Source: a virus. Taken from it: DNA of 64,000 bases. This document shows positions 27,747-38,903 of this stretch, in pieces. Under the pieces are notes generated by a model, which was not told where the DNA came from, made no database searches, and saw only the letters and a program-made list of their open reading frames with translations. Both the position numbers and the translations under genes were made by a program. The stretch covers positions 1 through 64,000 of the IMG/VR virus record IMGVR_UViG_3300042937_000753; one strand, written 5' to 3'. Position 1 is the stretch's first letter; every line of letters starts with the position of its first letter.

Positions 27747-30700
27747 ATGGCTTGTCAACTTTATACAGAAAATGATATAAGTGCATTATACTCTTTAGTG
27801 TATGGTGAGATTATGGATAGAATTCAGGATCCAAAACTTGGTAAGTTTGATAACAAAGCATTAGATAAGTTTATCAAAGATATCTATAAAGAGTTTAAAG
27901 ATGAGCCTAACGGTCTTCTTTATGTGCAGGCTATTCCTGACATGTTGGATATTGTTAAGAATGATCTTCAGATAAAGAAGTATCTTCTAAATGATGCTAA
28001 CTTGGATTTAAATAATGTTGCAAAACTATCTCTTGATTTTGAAGACTTAGATAATGTAATAAAGTTTATAACTCCAAAGACAGTTCAAAAGACTAAGAAA
28101 GAAGTTGACGGTGAAATAAAAAAAGCAAACAAAAATTCTAAGACTGTTGTACAAAATAATAATAACAATGAAATATGGTCTGCTGTAGAAGAAAAGGCTA
28201 AAGTTGATTATCCAGATAAAACAACAGGGAATATTGCCGTGGCAAAAAATCCTGAAGCAATGAGTGAATCAGAGAGAAATCTAATTGATCCACAAAAAGG
28301 GCTTTTCTATAAAGTTATCAAAACTGTTATATGGGCAGCAAGAAGAAGAGGTAAGAGTGATAATGCCATGCTTGGTGATATTCCAGTTATGCTTAAAGCT
28401 CAATCTATAAAAACTTTAGACCCTGCAGATTTGACTGATGATGATATTACTTTCCTTACTAAAAATAAAGGTTATGATATTAATGTTGCTATTGTTTCAG
28501 ATAGTAGTGGTGTCCCAATTAGATTTGATGAAGAAGGTAATGTAGTTGAAGAAGGTGGTAGAATTGTATATCAATATATTAGACCTGTTATAAATAGAGC
28601 AGGTAAATTATATCTTGGTAACAGATCCGGTTTCTTATATAATCTTGTTCCTGCTGAAACTCTTCTTAAAAGACAATTAGCTAATGAAGCTAAGGATGGC
28701 AAACTATATGGTCAAGTTGAAAGAGAAGCTGAGTTAGCTAAAATTAAGAGAAAGCAAATTCAGAAAATGAATGATTTAGCTAAACTTAATGAAACTCTAT
28801 CTCTTCAGGATGAACCAGTAATGCTTCCAATAACTGGTGGTAGTTACGGTATTGTTGAACATAAGTCAGAGTTATTATCTAATACAGATTTTGTCAATGA
28901 TTTAGAAATGATTTATACTCATGACTCAGGTGATCTTGAAGGAATGAGTTACTTTATGACTAATAGAGTAAGTGCTGGTGTAGCTGTAGATAATAGGATT
29001 TATTTACAGAGAATGGATATGCCTAAAGAACTTGCTGCAAATATAGCTAAAGTGTTAACAACTAAAGCATTACTTAATGGAGAAGCTTTAAGTCCACAAG
29101 CAAGACTTGCACATTATGATACTTTTCTTTCTAATAGAACAAAAGGTAATAATATTAAGGTTGAGATTAAACAAGAACTTGGACAGAATGTACTTAAAGT
29201 TACCTTGATGGATCCACTTACTGGTGATGCCAGCGTTGTTGATTTAGAATCAGAAGATGCAGAAAAAATGATTGCTGATCATTTAATGGAATCCAAAAAA
29301 ATTAAAGATAAAGAAGGTAAAGTTGTAGCCGTGTATCCAGCAAATTTAAGTTATATGAAATCTTTTGCTGTTGATGGAGCTATACAAAAAGGTGTAAAAT
29401 ATACTGACTATACTTTTGATATAAGCAAAACAGGAACTCAAGTAATTAAAGAAGTTCAAAAAGATTACTTTGATTTTATTAAACCATTAGCTAAAGTAGA
29501 TTATACTACTGATGGTGCAGCATACTTTGTAGCAATCAATGCTTATTTAGAATTTGCGGTTCCATTTAATTTTGAAACTGCAGAAGAAAACTTAATTGAT
29601 ATTGGTGTTCCTTCTGATGAACTTTTGACATCTAATGATGTAGATAATGGTAATAAGAAAGCAAAACCTGTTAAAGTTGAAATAGAAGAAAAAGATGAAG
29701 AGACAGGTAAAGGTTTTACTATTGAAACTAAGGTAAGTACAATAGCAAACGACAGAGTTTTAGTTGCAAATTTAAATGAGGCTGATGCTGTTTTTGGATT
29801 AGGTACAACCTTTGATACAAAAGATGAAAAGATTTCTAGAGATAGATCTGGTAAAGAAAACAAATGGTATGGAGTAAAGCTTGGTACTAAAGCTAATGCA
29901 CCTAAAAATTTAAAACCTCCAACAGATGCTATTAATCAAATGGTTAATAATCTATCTCAATTAAAAGGCGGAGTTGTAAATATTATAGGTAATGATATTG
30001 CCCAACTAACTAAAGAGGGCTATAGTCAAAAAGATATAGATACTTATGTCTATAATATTTTAAGTGAGGTTGTTAAACAATTTCCTATTACCAAAATCAT
30101 TAGTAATGGTCAGACTGGAGTAGCTGAAGCATCAATTAAAGCAGCTAAAAGACTTGGTATTCCAGTTAAAATTAGAGCTTTTCAAGGTTATCAATTAAGA
30201 AAAGCAGCTCCATATGCAGCAAGTGGTATTAAAACTACTAAAAATACTAGAGCAGACTTCTTAAGTAGATTCTTTAGTAAGTCATCTAAAACATATAAGA
30301 AAGCTGCCGCTAAGGTAGAAGAAACTAAAGAAGATAAAACTACTACTGTACCTAAAACAATTGAGGTTAAAGCAAGAGCTGTAGAAGTAACTAAGACTCC
30401 AGAACAACAAAAGGTATCTGATGCTAAGATAAATAGATTAGCTATTGATGATTTACTAGATGGTTCAGATATGATTCCAGATGTTCCCCTTAATAGAAAG
30501 AAGCGGGTATCTGCAGTTATGGATCAACTTTATGGTAAACAAGGGTGGCAAGAAGTACAAAATTGGTGGAAGTCTTCTCCTTTAAAAAATGTTGTGGATG
30601 TTGAAAGACTAGGTTTAGTATTTAACTCTGATGCTTATGCAACATTTATGTCAGCGGGATCTATGCTTGCTGATGCTGCAGTTAAATTACGTGCACAAGG

Positions 30701-33700
30701 ATTTGCTGCAAGAATTGAATTGTATGGAGATGCTTTACCAGTAACACTTTACCATGAGGCATGGCATGCATTCTCTCAGTTAGCACTTACTAAAGAAGAA
30801 AAAGCAAAACTCTATAATGAAATACGCACTTATGAAAAGTGGAAGAATATGGAGTATATTGACATTGAAGAAGAACTTGCTGAAGAGTTTATTGATTATG
30901 CTGCTAATGGCAAAAAACAAAAAGGTTTTATTCAGACTATATTTGAGAAACTTAAAAAGTTGATTGATTTCTTTTTTGGTAATACAACTAAGAGAGATGT
31001 AACAAGACTTCAGGATATTCCTAATGTAAAAAAATATTATAATCAACTTTACACAGGTAAATTTAAAATAAGTACTGAGAATGCTGAGCATAATTTAATG
31101 CCTGGATTTGAAAGACTTAACAGTGCAAAGAAAACTATCCAGCCTCTAGTAAATACCGCTAAAGATTTTGCAGAGATAACAGATGTTCAATCTAATAAGA
31201 TTGTAGATTTAGTAGACAGCTTAATGGCTAGAACATTCTATCAGTATAACAATAAGTTTAATACTACAGCAGGAGCAGTTAAATTATTGGGTGATGTTAA
31301 TAATAGAGAGAAGCTTTATTATAATTTAGAAAAACAATTAAAAGCTTTATTGGCTGCACAGCTAGAAAGAACTAGAGCTATTACAGTTAAAAATATTGAA
31401 AGTGATAATCCAGATTATGTAACTGAACAAAAAGAAAGTGCCAAGTTAGATTTATTAATGAAAGCAGTAGAAAATTATGGTTCGGTTGCTGAAGCTTTAA
31501 CTAAAAAAACTGATCGTGGTGTTGTAGCATTCCATATGCAAAGATCCAGATTTAATATCTTGAAAGATCTTTATATTGATGATACAGAAGATGCTAGTAT
31601 AGCATTATTCACATCAACTGAAGGTAATTCTATTTCTGCTAAACAGCTAGCAACTGATGATACAATGATGATGTTATCCGGTATCTACAAACTAGAAAGG
31701 GATGAGAACGGAGACTATATAAAAGAAGAAGATGAGTATGGTGTGAAGGCTTACTCTATAGAGACAGATGACTTCGGGTTGCCCGTATTGGAACCAGTAG
31801 ATGTTATGTGGAATAGAGTTGCTAGAACTCTTCAAGGTTCTATGGATTATCAAGATATGCATGATAGAATGACCGAGGCTATTGAGAATTATCCAGAGTT
31901 TATCCAAGTTTTAGAAATGCTACCAAATCCATATACATTTGGACCTGGAGCATACAACAATAAAACTGAGTTTCAGTCAGAGACAAATTTCTGGCAAGAT
32001 CTTAAAAAACCAGTAATACCATATATCCAGTTGAACATTAATAAAACGGTTTTAGAGAAAGCTAAGAAAATTGATGGTAAGTGGATAGCTGAAAAATCAA
32101 AGTATGAATCTAGATTATCTGCAGCAAACTTTGACATTTATAGAATTGTTGCTGATTGGACAACTAACTTTAACATTGCAGATCCTGCAACTAATAGATT
32201 TATCATTAAAGATGGTGTAAACAATTATTTGAATACAACAGAAATAATGAAAGAGTTTAGTCAGAATAAACAATTGATTCCTACAAAAGCTGCTGAGTTT
32301 CTTGCTGCATTAGGTATTCAATTAGACATGACTAGTGCTGATATAAAGTCAATAGTAAATAGTACAAAGAAACCTTTTGCTAGTTCTTACAATATTGATT
32401 ACATTTTTAATAATGTAAGACTTGTTCACTTGGCTGGTAAATCAGATGACATTGGTTTACAAGCTGCCGCAGCTCAATTTAAAAGAGATCCTTTACATTA
32501 CTTAATGAATGGTCTTCCTGAAGCTATAGAGAAAGCTGCTGGTGGAAAAGCAAGTGATGTTAAAACTAAAGTAAGAGCTCTTGCTGAATTACAAAACAGA
32601 TTCTCAGATGGTTATTCAAATTATGCTGTATTAACACCAGAGAAAAATAAAGTTTGGGAGCAATTTTTAGATAATACTGTTACTAGAATTATTACTTCAC
32701 TTAATAGAGCTGAAAACTGGCAACAGTTAACTACTGAAGATGCTGATCCTAATGGTAGATTCCAACACATGAGATGGTTAAGTGAAGCAAACAATCCTGC
32801 TTCAGAGTTCTCTGTAATATTAAAATCTATGTTTGATCTTGATCCAATGTCAGATACCTATGGTGAAAAGATTCCAGGTGCTAGTATTGTTCTTGAAAAT
32901 ATTGGAGGTACTCAAATTATCAATAGAGAAACAAATGAATCTTTAGGAACTTCAACAGCTAATACAGATGTTACAAGTAAGTTTCTACAAGAATTACATA
33001 CAATGTTACAGTCAGGAGTTCAGGAATTTATGAGACATGCATCTAAGCAGACTGCAATGAACCTTAGAGCTAAGAAAGTAAATACATATAGTGGTAAAGA
33101 ATCTTCCAATCTTTATGTAGATATAATGGCATTTAGTCCTGCAAATACCGCAGGTAATAATAACTTGGGTGAATCTCAAGGGTTTAATATAATGCTTGGA
33201 TATATTGCTGCTGAGGCGGGAAGAATTTTTAGATTTAAATCTAATGAAGAGTATTTTAAAAACTTCTCTGCATATAATAGAGATGTAGTAAGAAAGGATA
33301 ATGATGAAACTGTAAAAGCCGGTGAGGCCTTTACTGCATTTGATGATATCTTAACTGATACAGTACAAGGTGAATTGTATGACATTATTAATAAAGCTAT
33401 AGAAGATAAATTATCTTTTGATGAATTTAATTTACGTGACATTGTCAATGATAATCCAGCACTTAGAGTTAAAATAAAAAATAATGTAATTGAATATTTT
33501 AATAAACTATCTCAAGCAAATTATGCAAGATTAGAAAGTGCAAGATTTGTAGACCCAAGCTTGTATGAAATGGTTTCTACTGATGAGTTTAGTAAAGATC
33601 AAGTAGATAAAATGCTTATTAAAGCCTATACTTATAACTCTTGGATTCATAATTTTGAAACAACCATTCTAGCTTATGGAGATGCGGTACAGTACAACCA

Positions 33701-36700
33701 TGATAAAGAAGAGTTTCATAAGAGAAATGCTGGTTTAGGTTCTGGAGGTAAAAGTTTTAGATCCGATATGAGAGCAAGGATGTATATAAACAGTCCTATG
33801 TTTGAAAGATTATATGCTGATAAAGAAGGTTATAAACTTAATGCATACAACGGAACTTTAACAACAGCTATTATTAAAGAACTTACTATTGATAAGTCTG
33901 TATATAAAGATGAATACTATGATGAGCATGTAAAAGAATATACGGCTAGATATATTAAGGCTGGTAAACCTAAAGCTGAAGCTGAAAGACTTGCTAAAGA
34001 CTTGGCTGATACTGTATTAGCAGATTATTCTAATATGAAAATTGCTGATGGTCAAGGATGGTTAAATTTTGAAGCATACAGAATGCTTAAAAACCTTGAA
34101 AGTTCTTGGTCAGCACAACAAGAAGACTTATATAAAAAGGTAATTGCAGGAGAAATATTAAATGCTTCTGATATAAAAGAGTTCTTTCCTCCTTATAAAT
34201 TACAGTATTTTGGACCTATTAAAACTAAAGGTCTTCCAATGACATCCTTTCATAAGTTTTCATTAGCTCCTTTAATCCCAACAGTCCATACTGCAAATAT
34301 GCAACTTGGTCAAATACATGATATGATGCTTAATCAAAATGTTGATTATGTATTGATGGAAACTGGTGAGAAAATTGGACACCTTGGAAACGGTGATGAG
34401 ATACTTGATAAAAATGGTAATGTAGATGCCTCAGTAAACTTTACTAAAAATGTAATCTATGCTGAGTTCTTAAAAAATCAAACTGAAGTTAACTCTAAGT
34501 TTAAAGGTAAGTCTATATTCTCTACTCAGTTAAGAAAATTAATTCTTGAAGGTTTATATGAACAAGGAGAAGTTAGTAAAGATGTAAAACATCTAGTAGA
34601 TAACTATGTAAACAGAGTAGGTGAGTATACTGAACTACTTAAGAATGAATTGATTGACCAACTTGGGTTTGCAGAAAATGAGAATGGTGAGTTTGTTCCT
34701 GTAAACAAAGACAGTATTGCAAAACTTGCATTAATGATCAGAGAAAATCTTACAAGAGATGATGTATATAGTGATAAACTAATTGACATTATTGATGTAA
34801 CTGAGGAAGGAGATTTAAGATTTGACTTATCTCTACATCCGGAGGCTGTGAAGATTGAAAAACTTTTGTTGTCATTGATTAATAAAAGAATCATAAAACA
34901 AAAAGTTAAAGGAGAACCTCTAGTACAAAAGTCTTCAGGTTTCTATGATGGATTAATTGAATTTTCAGTTGATCTTGATAAGATGAATCCGGAAGCAAGA
35001 GATGCTGCAGTTAAAAAATACATGGGGTCTAACTTTTTACCTACATATCATAAAGGTACAGATGGTACAACAACAGCAATGAAAGTTGCTATCTCACTTC
35101 AGGGAGATTATGAAAACCTTCTTAACCTAGAATATAAAGGAGAACCTATCTCTACTTTAGATAGACTAAATGAAGCTATCAAAGATGATGAATGGTTAGA
35201 TGCTGATAATGAAGCTAACAGAAAAGCAACAACAAAAGATCCTATATATGATATAGCTTTTTCTGAATTAAAAAGTACAAAAGGAGACACTAAACTTTTT
35301 ATTTTAGAATCTGATCTTACTTCAGAAATTAAAGCTAATCTTATACTAGATGATAAAAATGGAAAACGAGTTAAAGGAAGTACTTATCAAGGAATTAAAA
35401 TATTAGGAGACTATTATTCACATAAAACTTTAAAGTCTTCAGATGGTGATGCATTAGATATAATTGTTGTTAAATCTAAAGAAGATGCTCAAAAACAATA
35501 TGATGCTTATATAAAAGGTGGAGCAAAACAATTTACAGGAATTGGAAATGTTATTTTTTCTAATATAGATACATCAGTTAAGAGTACTAATAGACAAGCA
35601 ATAACTCTTGTAGGGGTTAGGATTCCGGTTCAGGGTCTAAACTCTATGGAGTTTATGGAAGTATATCACTTCTTACCACCTCAAGCTGGAAACATAATTA
35701 TTCCACCTGCTGAGATAGTTGCTAAATCAGGAGCTGACTTTGATATTGATAAGTTATCAATCTTTATGAATAATATTGATGGAGATGGTAATGTTAGAAT
35801 GCCAATGTTTGACAATGCTAAAGATTTCTATGAAGCTATTAAAGATCCATCTAAATATGAGATGAGTAAAGAACAAATGTATAGCTTACAAAAATCTGGT
35901 CTTGAGAATCAATTAATTAATGATATTAGAAGTATTCTTGAGTTACCACAAAACTATGTGTCACTTACAACTCCAAATGGAACTTACTTAGTTAAACCTA
36001 CGGCAGATATGTTATCTGAATATGTATCAGATTATAATCCTTTTCAAAGTTTAATGTCTGATAAAAATAAACTAAGTGCTCCAGATAAAAATGGAAAACA
36101 AAAATCAGTAATCAGTCCTACTAGAATATTTGAAGCAGGTTATAACTTATATAAACATGAATCAAATGTGGTTGGTAAGAAGACATTAGGGCTTGGTGCA
36201 ATTGAAAATACCTTTAATGTAATATTTAATTCATTAGGTGCTTCAATGCCTGCAGTATATAGACATTCTGATGAAGAAGTAGATAGAGTTTCATTCTTAG
36301 GTTTGAGACATAACACAATGAAAAAAGATGGTCAAGATGTTATTTCTCTTTCTCATCAATTTGATACAGATGGTAATAATAAAGTAGCAGATATTATCAA
36401 CCAGTTAATAAACGGTTGGGTGGATGTTGAGAAGGATGCATGGGTATTCTTTGTACAAGGTAATTATGAAGTTGCTCCCACATTACTTTACTTATTAAAG
36501 GCAGGTGTACCATTTAAAGAAGCAGTATATTTTGTTTCTCAACCTCTTGTAAGAGAGTATGTTAAAGAGAGAAGGCTTGCAAATAGTACATTTGCTGAAC
36601 CTTTAAGAAAAGATCCCGGCTTCCAAGGAGTTAACTTTAAAGCAGCAAGTAATATAATTGCTAAATACTTTAAAAACTTTATTCCTGATGAGCAGTCAAG

Positions 36701-38900
36701 ATATATGGTTGGTCAAGAAATGTATGATAACTATTTAAAGTCAAGAAAAAGAGATCATTTTAGTGAGCAAGAAATGCTTGCTTTAATTAAAAAAGCAAAA
36801 ACAAATCCTGAAGTTGGGGCAAGTGATTTATCTAGAACAATGTTCTTACATTATCTCACAATTGAAAAACAAATTCAAGGACTTACTGCATTAAAAATGG
36901 CATCTAATCCAGATACAGCTACTATGACAGATGTAGGGCAGGCAATTCAAGCTGAATCTGACATGGAAGCATTAGCAGAAGAAACTAAGATTGATCAAAA
37001 TCTTAGATTAGCAATGTTAAATGACTCTGTTATTAGTTCTTTCTTTAATACTAAATTGGTACGTGGATTAGCAAAACCATTATTTAAATTTAGATATGAT
37101 GATGATATTCAAGAATATATTCAAAGCTATATGTCTGATTTTAGAAATAGTGGTATTCTTAAATCAAATTTTGGAAGAAACTATAGAGACAGATTCCCTG
37201 TTGTATTTAGAAATGATGTATTAAGTTATTTATTCCAGAATGCATTAAGAAAATACAATCTTGGTAAAGAATATAGTTCTTATGCTATGACAGATTCAAT
37301 AGGATTAACTCCTGCTGCTGGTCTTAAATTTGGTGCACAAGTGATTGAAAAGGATGGAGTTCCAACTATGGTGGTAGATAGAGTTCAAATTGAAAAAGAA
37401 TTCTTTGACAAAGCTTATTTACAAGGTAGTGAAGCTCAGAATAGTTATGAGTCTCGTAGTTTATACCCACTTCAACCAGGACATTTTGGTAATAATTCAT
37501 CTTCTAATAAGGCAGAATATATCCGCTTTGTAATTGAGAGAGAATATTTAAGACATGTAATGCCTATAACTGAAGTTATTAAGACTAAAGAATTCCAAAT
37601 GGAATTAGAAAATATTAATAAAACTAGTATTGAAACTAATGAGATTAAAAATAAAAGATATGCTTATGAAAAAATCATAGCAACTAGAGCTTTGGACAAT
37701 ACATTAAATCCTTATAATCTATTTAATGATCAAAATAATGCCTATGCAGTTAGATTGGACAGAATTAAAACAGAATATAAAAATGATTTTGTAAAAGATT
37801 ATCCTGTTTTAGCTAGAATGGTTACTGAAAGTACTACAGATAGGTCAATGTACAGTCTTTATATTGATGACAAAGACATGACAACATTTAAATCAAACAT
37901 GTATAGTAGAAATTTAGAAGAGCTGAGTAATAGAAATGTGGAAAAAGTATCTGACAAAGCAGAAAATGATAGAATAAGTGACTTCTTTTCTAAGATGACT
38001 TATGTTGCAATGATGCAGGCTGGTACAAACAAAAGCAAATATAATTTCTTAAGTTTAACAGACTTTGATAAATTCATTGATATAATGAATGATGAAACTG
38101 CTAAATTTCTTACATCACCGCTTAAACTCAAAATGCTTATTGACTTTAAAAATAAGTTTGAGCAAGAGAATAGTCAGGCAAATAGAACAAGAAGTAGATT
38201 TAAAAATTATCTTACGGCATTGGATGTAGAAAAATCAATTGCTACCCAAAATCTAATTGGAGAAACAGAAGAGGATGCAGTTACTGGTGACATGATTACA
38301 TCAGCAGAAAATTTAGTAGAAAGAAAAAATCTAATCCCTACTATTAATCCTAATGTGTTTGTATTTAATGATCTTTCTGGAACTGACAAAGCATATAAAT
38401 TTATTGTAGAAAATAATCCTGACATCACTTTTGTATATCAATTTAGTCTTGGTCAAAAACAAGCTATTGATAAAATGACTGAAGCTCAGTTCAACAATAA
38501 AAAAATGAAAGGTAACATACAAATTAGAAAGTATGCTAATAGTTCTTCTGTGGGTATAATTACTGGTCAAGATAGTGTTGCTGATGCATTCTCTAAATTA
38601 GATCCAAAACTATACTCAAAAAGAAAAGCGGACATAGAAAAAGCTATTGCTGAAATTAGTCAAGTAGTTGCAAATGGAGGTAAAATTGCATTCTCTATAA
38701 ATGGATATGGAGATCCTACTATGATGCCTCAAGAATTATTTGTATATTTAAGCAGAAGGCTTTTTGAAGAGTTTCAGTATTTAAATCCTGGTTCTGAATT
38801 TACTAATGAAGTAAGTAAAGTGGTTGCAAAATACCAACCAGTTACTGATGCCGAAATATTAGCTAAATTTGACGGAGAAAATAACCCATTAAAATGTTAA
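27747..38900 (+). CDS. Virion-packaged double-psi-beta-barrel RNA polymerase polyprotein (3717 aa) with SLOG-like, zincin and C-terminal accessory domains
   Basis: Catalytic motif GADFDIDK (35730-35753), VRIPVQG, ADGQ, HKRN, HKFS, STQLRK as in crAss-like/phi14:2 gp66-type vRNAP; HEAWH zincin (30753-30767); KIISNGQTGV SLOG-like motif. Confidence 0.9.
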   Translation: MACQLYTENDISALYSLVYGEIMDRIQDPKLGKFDNKALDKFIKDIYKEFKDEPNGLLYVQAIPDMLDIVKNDLQIKKYLLNDANLDLNNVAKLSLDFEDLDNVIKFITPKTVQKTKKEVDGEIKKANKNSKTVVQNNNNNEIWSAVEEKAKVDYPDKTTGNIAVAKNPEAMSESERNLIDPQKGLFYKVIKTVIWAARRRGKSDNAMLGDIPVMLKAQSIKTLDPADLTDDDITFLTKNKGYDINVAIVSDSSGVPIRFDEEGNVVEEGGRIVYQYIRPVINRAGKLYLGNRSGFLYNLVPAETLLKRQLANEAKDGKLYGQVEREAELAKIKRKQIQKMNDLAKLNETLSLQDEPVMLPITGGSYGIVEHKSELLSNTDFVNDLEMIYTHDSGDLEGMSYFMTNRVSAGVAVDNRIYLQRMDMPKELAANIAKVLTTKALLNGEALSPQARLAHYDTFLSNRTKGNNIKVEIKQELGQNVLKVTLMDPLTGDASVVDLESEDAEKMIADHLMESKKIKDKEGKVVAVYPANLSYMKSFAVDGAIQKGVKYTDYTFDISKTGTQVIKEVQKDYFDFIKPLAKVDYTTDGAAYFVAINAYLEFAVPFNFETAEENLIDIGVPSDELLTSNDVDNGNKKAKPVKVEIEEKDEETGKGFTIETKVSTIANDRVLVANLNEADAVFGLGTTFDTKDEKISRDRSGKENKWYGVKLGTKANAPKNLKPPTDAINQMVNNLSQLKGGVVNIIGNDIAQLTKEGYSQKDIDTYVYNILSEVVKQFPITKIISNGQTGVAEASIKAAKRLGIPVKIRAFQGYQLRKAAPYAASGIKTTKNTRADFLSRFFSKSSKTYKKAAAKVEETKEDKTTTVPKTIEVKARAVEVTKTPEQQKVSDAKINRLAIDDLLDGSDMIPDVPLNRKKRVSAVMDQLYGKQGWQEVQNWWKSSPLKNVVDVERLGLVFNSDAYATFMSAGSMLADAAVKLRAQGFAARIELYGDALPVTLYHEAWHAFSQLALTKEEKAKLYNEIRTYEKWKNMEYIDIEEELAEEFIDYAANGKKQKGFIQTIFEKLKKLIDFFFGNTTKRDVTRLQDIPNVKKYYNQLYTGKFKISTENAEHNLMPGFERLNSAKKTIQPLVNTAKDFAEITDVQSNKIVDLVDSLMARTFYQYNNKFNTTAGAVKLLGDVNNREKLYYNLEKQLKALLAAQLERTRAITVKNIESDNPDYVTEQKESAKLDLLMKAVENYGSVAEALTKKTDRGVVAFHMQRSRFNILKDLYIDDTEDASIALFTSTEGNSISAKQLATDDTMMMLSGIYKLERDENGDYIKEEDEYGVKAYSIETDDFGLPVLEPVDVMWNRVARTLQGSMDYQDMHDRMTEAIENYPEFIQVLEMLPNPYTFGPGAYNNKTEFQSETNFWQDLKKPVIPYIQLNINKTVLEKAKKIDGKWIAEKSKYESRLSAANFDIYRIVADWTTNFNIADPATNRFIIKDGVNNYLNTTEIMKEFSQNKQLIPTKAAEFLAALGIQLDMTSADIKSIVNSTKKPFASSYNIDYIFNNVRLVHLAGKSDDIGLQAAAAQFKRDPLHYLMNGLPEAIEKAAGGKASDVKTKVRALAELQNRFSDGYSNYAVLTPEKNKVWEQFLDNTVTRIITSLNRAENWQQLTTEDADPNGRFQHMRWLSEANNPASEFSVILKSMFDLDPMSDTYGEKIPGASIVLENIGGTQIINRETNESLGTSTANTDVTSKFLQELHTMLQSGVQEFMRHASKQTAMNLRAKKVNTYSGKESSNLYVDIMAFSPANTAGNNNLGESQGFNIMLGYIAAEAGRIFRFKSNEEYFKNFSAYNRDVVRKDNDETVKAGEAFTAFDDILTDTVQGELYDIINKAIEDKLSFDEFNLRDIVNDNPALRVKIKNNVIEYFNKLSQANYARLESARFVDPSLYEMVSTDEFSKDQVDKMLIKAYTYNSWIHNFETTILAYGDAVQYNHDKEEFHKRNAGLGSGGKSFRSDMRARMYINSPMFERLYADKEGYKLNAYNGTLTTAIIKELTIDKSVYKDEYYDEHVKEYTARYIKAGKPKAEAERLAKDLADTVLADYSNMKIADGQGWLNFEAYRMLKNLESSWSAQQEDLYKKVIAGEILNASDIKEFFPPYKLQYFGPIKTKGLPMTSFHKFSLAPLIPTVHTANMQLGQIHDMMLNQNVDYVLMETGEKIGHLGNGDEILDKNGNVDASVNFTKNVIYAEFLKNQTEVNSKFKGKSIFSTQLRKLILEGLYEQGEVSKDVKHLVDNYVNRVGEYTELLKNELIDQLGFAENENGEFVPVNKDSIAKLALMIRENLTRDDVYSDKLIDIIDVTEEGDLRFDLSLHPEAVKIEKLLLSLINKRIIKQKVKGEPLVQKSSGFYDGLIEFSVDLDKMNPEARDAAVKKYMGSNFLPTYHKGTDGTTTAMKVAISLQGDYENLLNLEYKGEPISTLDRLNEAIKDDEWLDADNEANRKATTKDPIYDIAFSELKSTKGDTKLFILESDLTSEIKANLILDDKNGKRVKGSTYQGIKILGDYYSHKTLKSSDGDALDIIVVKSKEDAQKQYDAYIKGGAKQFTGIGNVIFSNIDTSVKSTNRQAITLVGVRIPVQGLNSMEFMEVYHFLPPQAGNIIIPPAEIVAKSGADFDIDKLSIFMNNIDGDGNVRMPMFDNAKDFYEAIKDPSKYEMSKEQMYSLQKSGLENQLINDIRSILELPQNYVSLTTPNGTYLVKPTADMLSEYVSDYNPFQSLMSDKNKLSAPDKNGKQKSVISPTRIFEAGYNLYKHESNVVGKKTLGLGAIENTFNVIFNSLGASMPAVYRHSDEEVDRVSFLGLRHNTMKKDGQDVISLSHQFDTDGNNKVADIINQLINGWVDVEKDAWVFFVQGNYEVAPTLLYLLKAGVPFKEAVYFVSQPLVREYVKERRLANSTFAEPLRKDPGFQGVNFKAASNIIAKYFKNFIPDEQSRYMVGQEMYDNYLKSRKRDHFSEQEMLALIKKAKTNPEVGASDLSRTMFLHYLTIEKQIQGLTALKMASNPDTATMTDVGQAIQAESDMEALAEETKIDQNLRLAMLNDSVISSFFNTKLVRGLAKPLFKFRYDDDIQEYIQSYMSDFRNSGILKSNFGRNYRDRFPVVFRNDVLSYLFQNALRKYNLGKEYSSYAMTDSIGLTPAAGLKFGAQVIEKDGVPTMVVDRVQIEKEFFDKAYLQGSEAQNSYESRSLYPLQPGHFGNNSSSNKAEYIRFVIEREYLRHVMPITEVIKTKEFQMELENINKTSIETNEIKNKRYAYEKIIATRALDNTLNPYNLFNDQNNAYAVRLDRIKTEYKNDFVKDYPVLARMVTESTTDRSMYSLYIDDKDMTTFKSNMYSRNLEELSNRNVEKVSDKAENDRISDFFSKMTYVAMMQAGTNKSKYNFLSLTDFDKFIDIMNDETAKFLTSPLKLKMLIDFKNKFEQENSQANRTRSRFKNYLTALDVEKSIATQNLIGETEEDAVTGDMITSAENLVERKNLIPTINPNVFVFNDLSGTDKAYKFIVENNPDITFVYQFSLGQKQAIDKMTEAQFNNKKMKGNIQIRKYANSSSVGIITGQDSVADAFSKLDPKLYSKRKADIEKAIAEISQVVANGGKIAFSINGYGDPTMMPQELFVYLSRRLFEEFQYLNPGSEFTNEVSKVVAKYQPVTDAEILAKFDGENNPLKC

Positions 38901-38903
38901 AAG

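Noticed and set aside
35215-35605. Intein or self-splicing intron in the vRNAP
   Set aside because: No Cys/Ser-start and His-Asn-end splice motifs, no homing endonuclease motif, and the frame is continuous. Kept only as an in-frame insertion.
38736-38752. TTTGTATATTTA inside the vRNAP 3' end as an internal promoter, similar to TTAGTATATTAA at 11808
   Set aside because: Short AT-rich match in coding sequence; cannot be distinguished from chance without TSS data.
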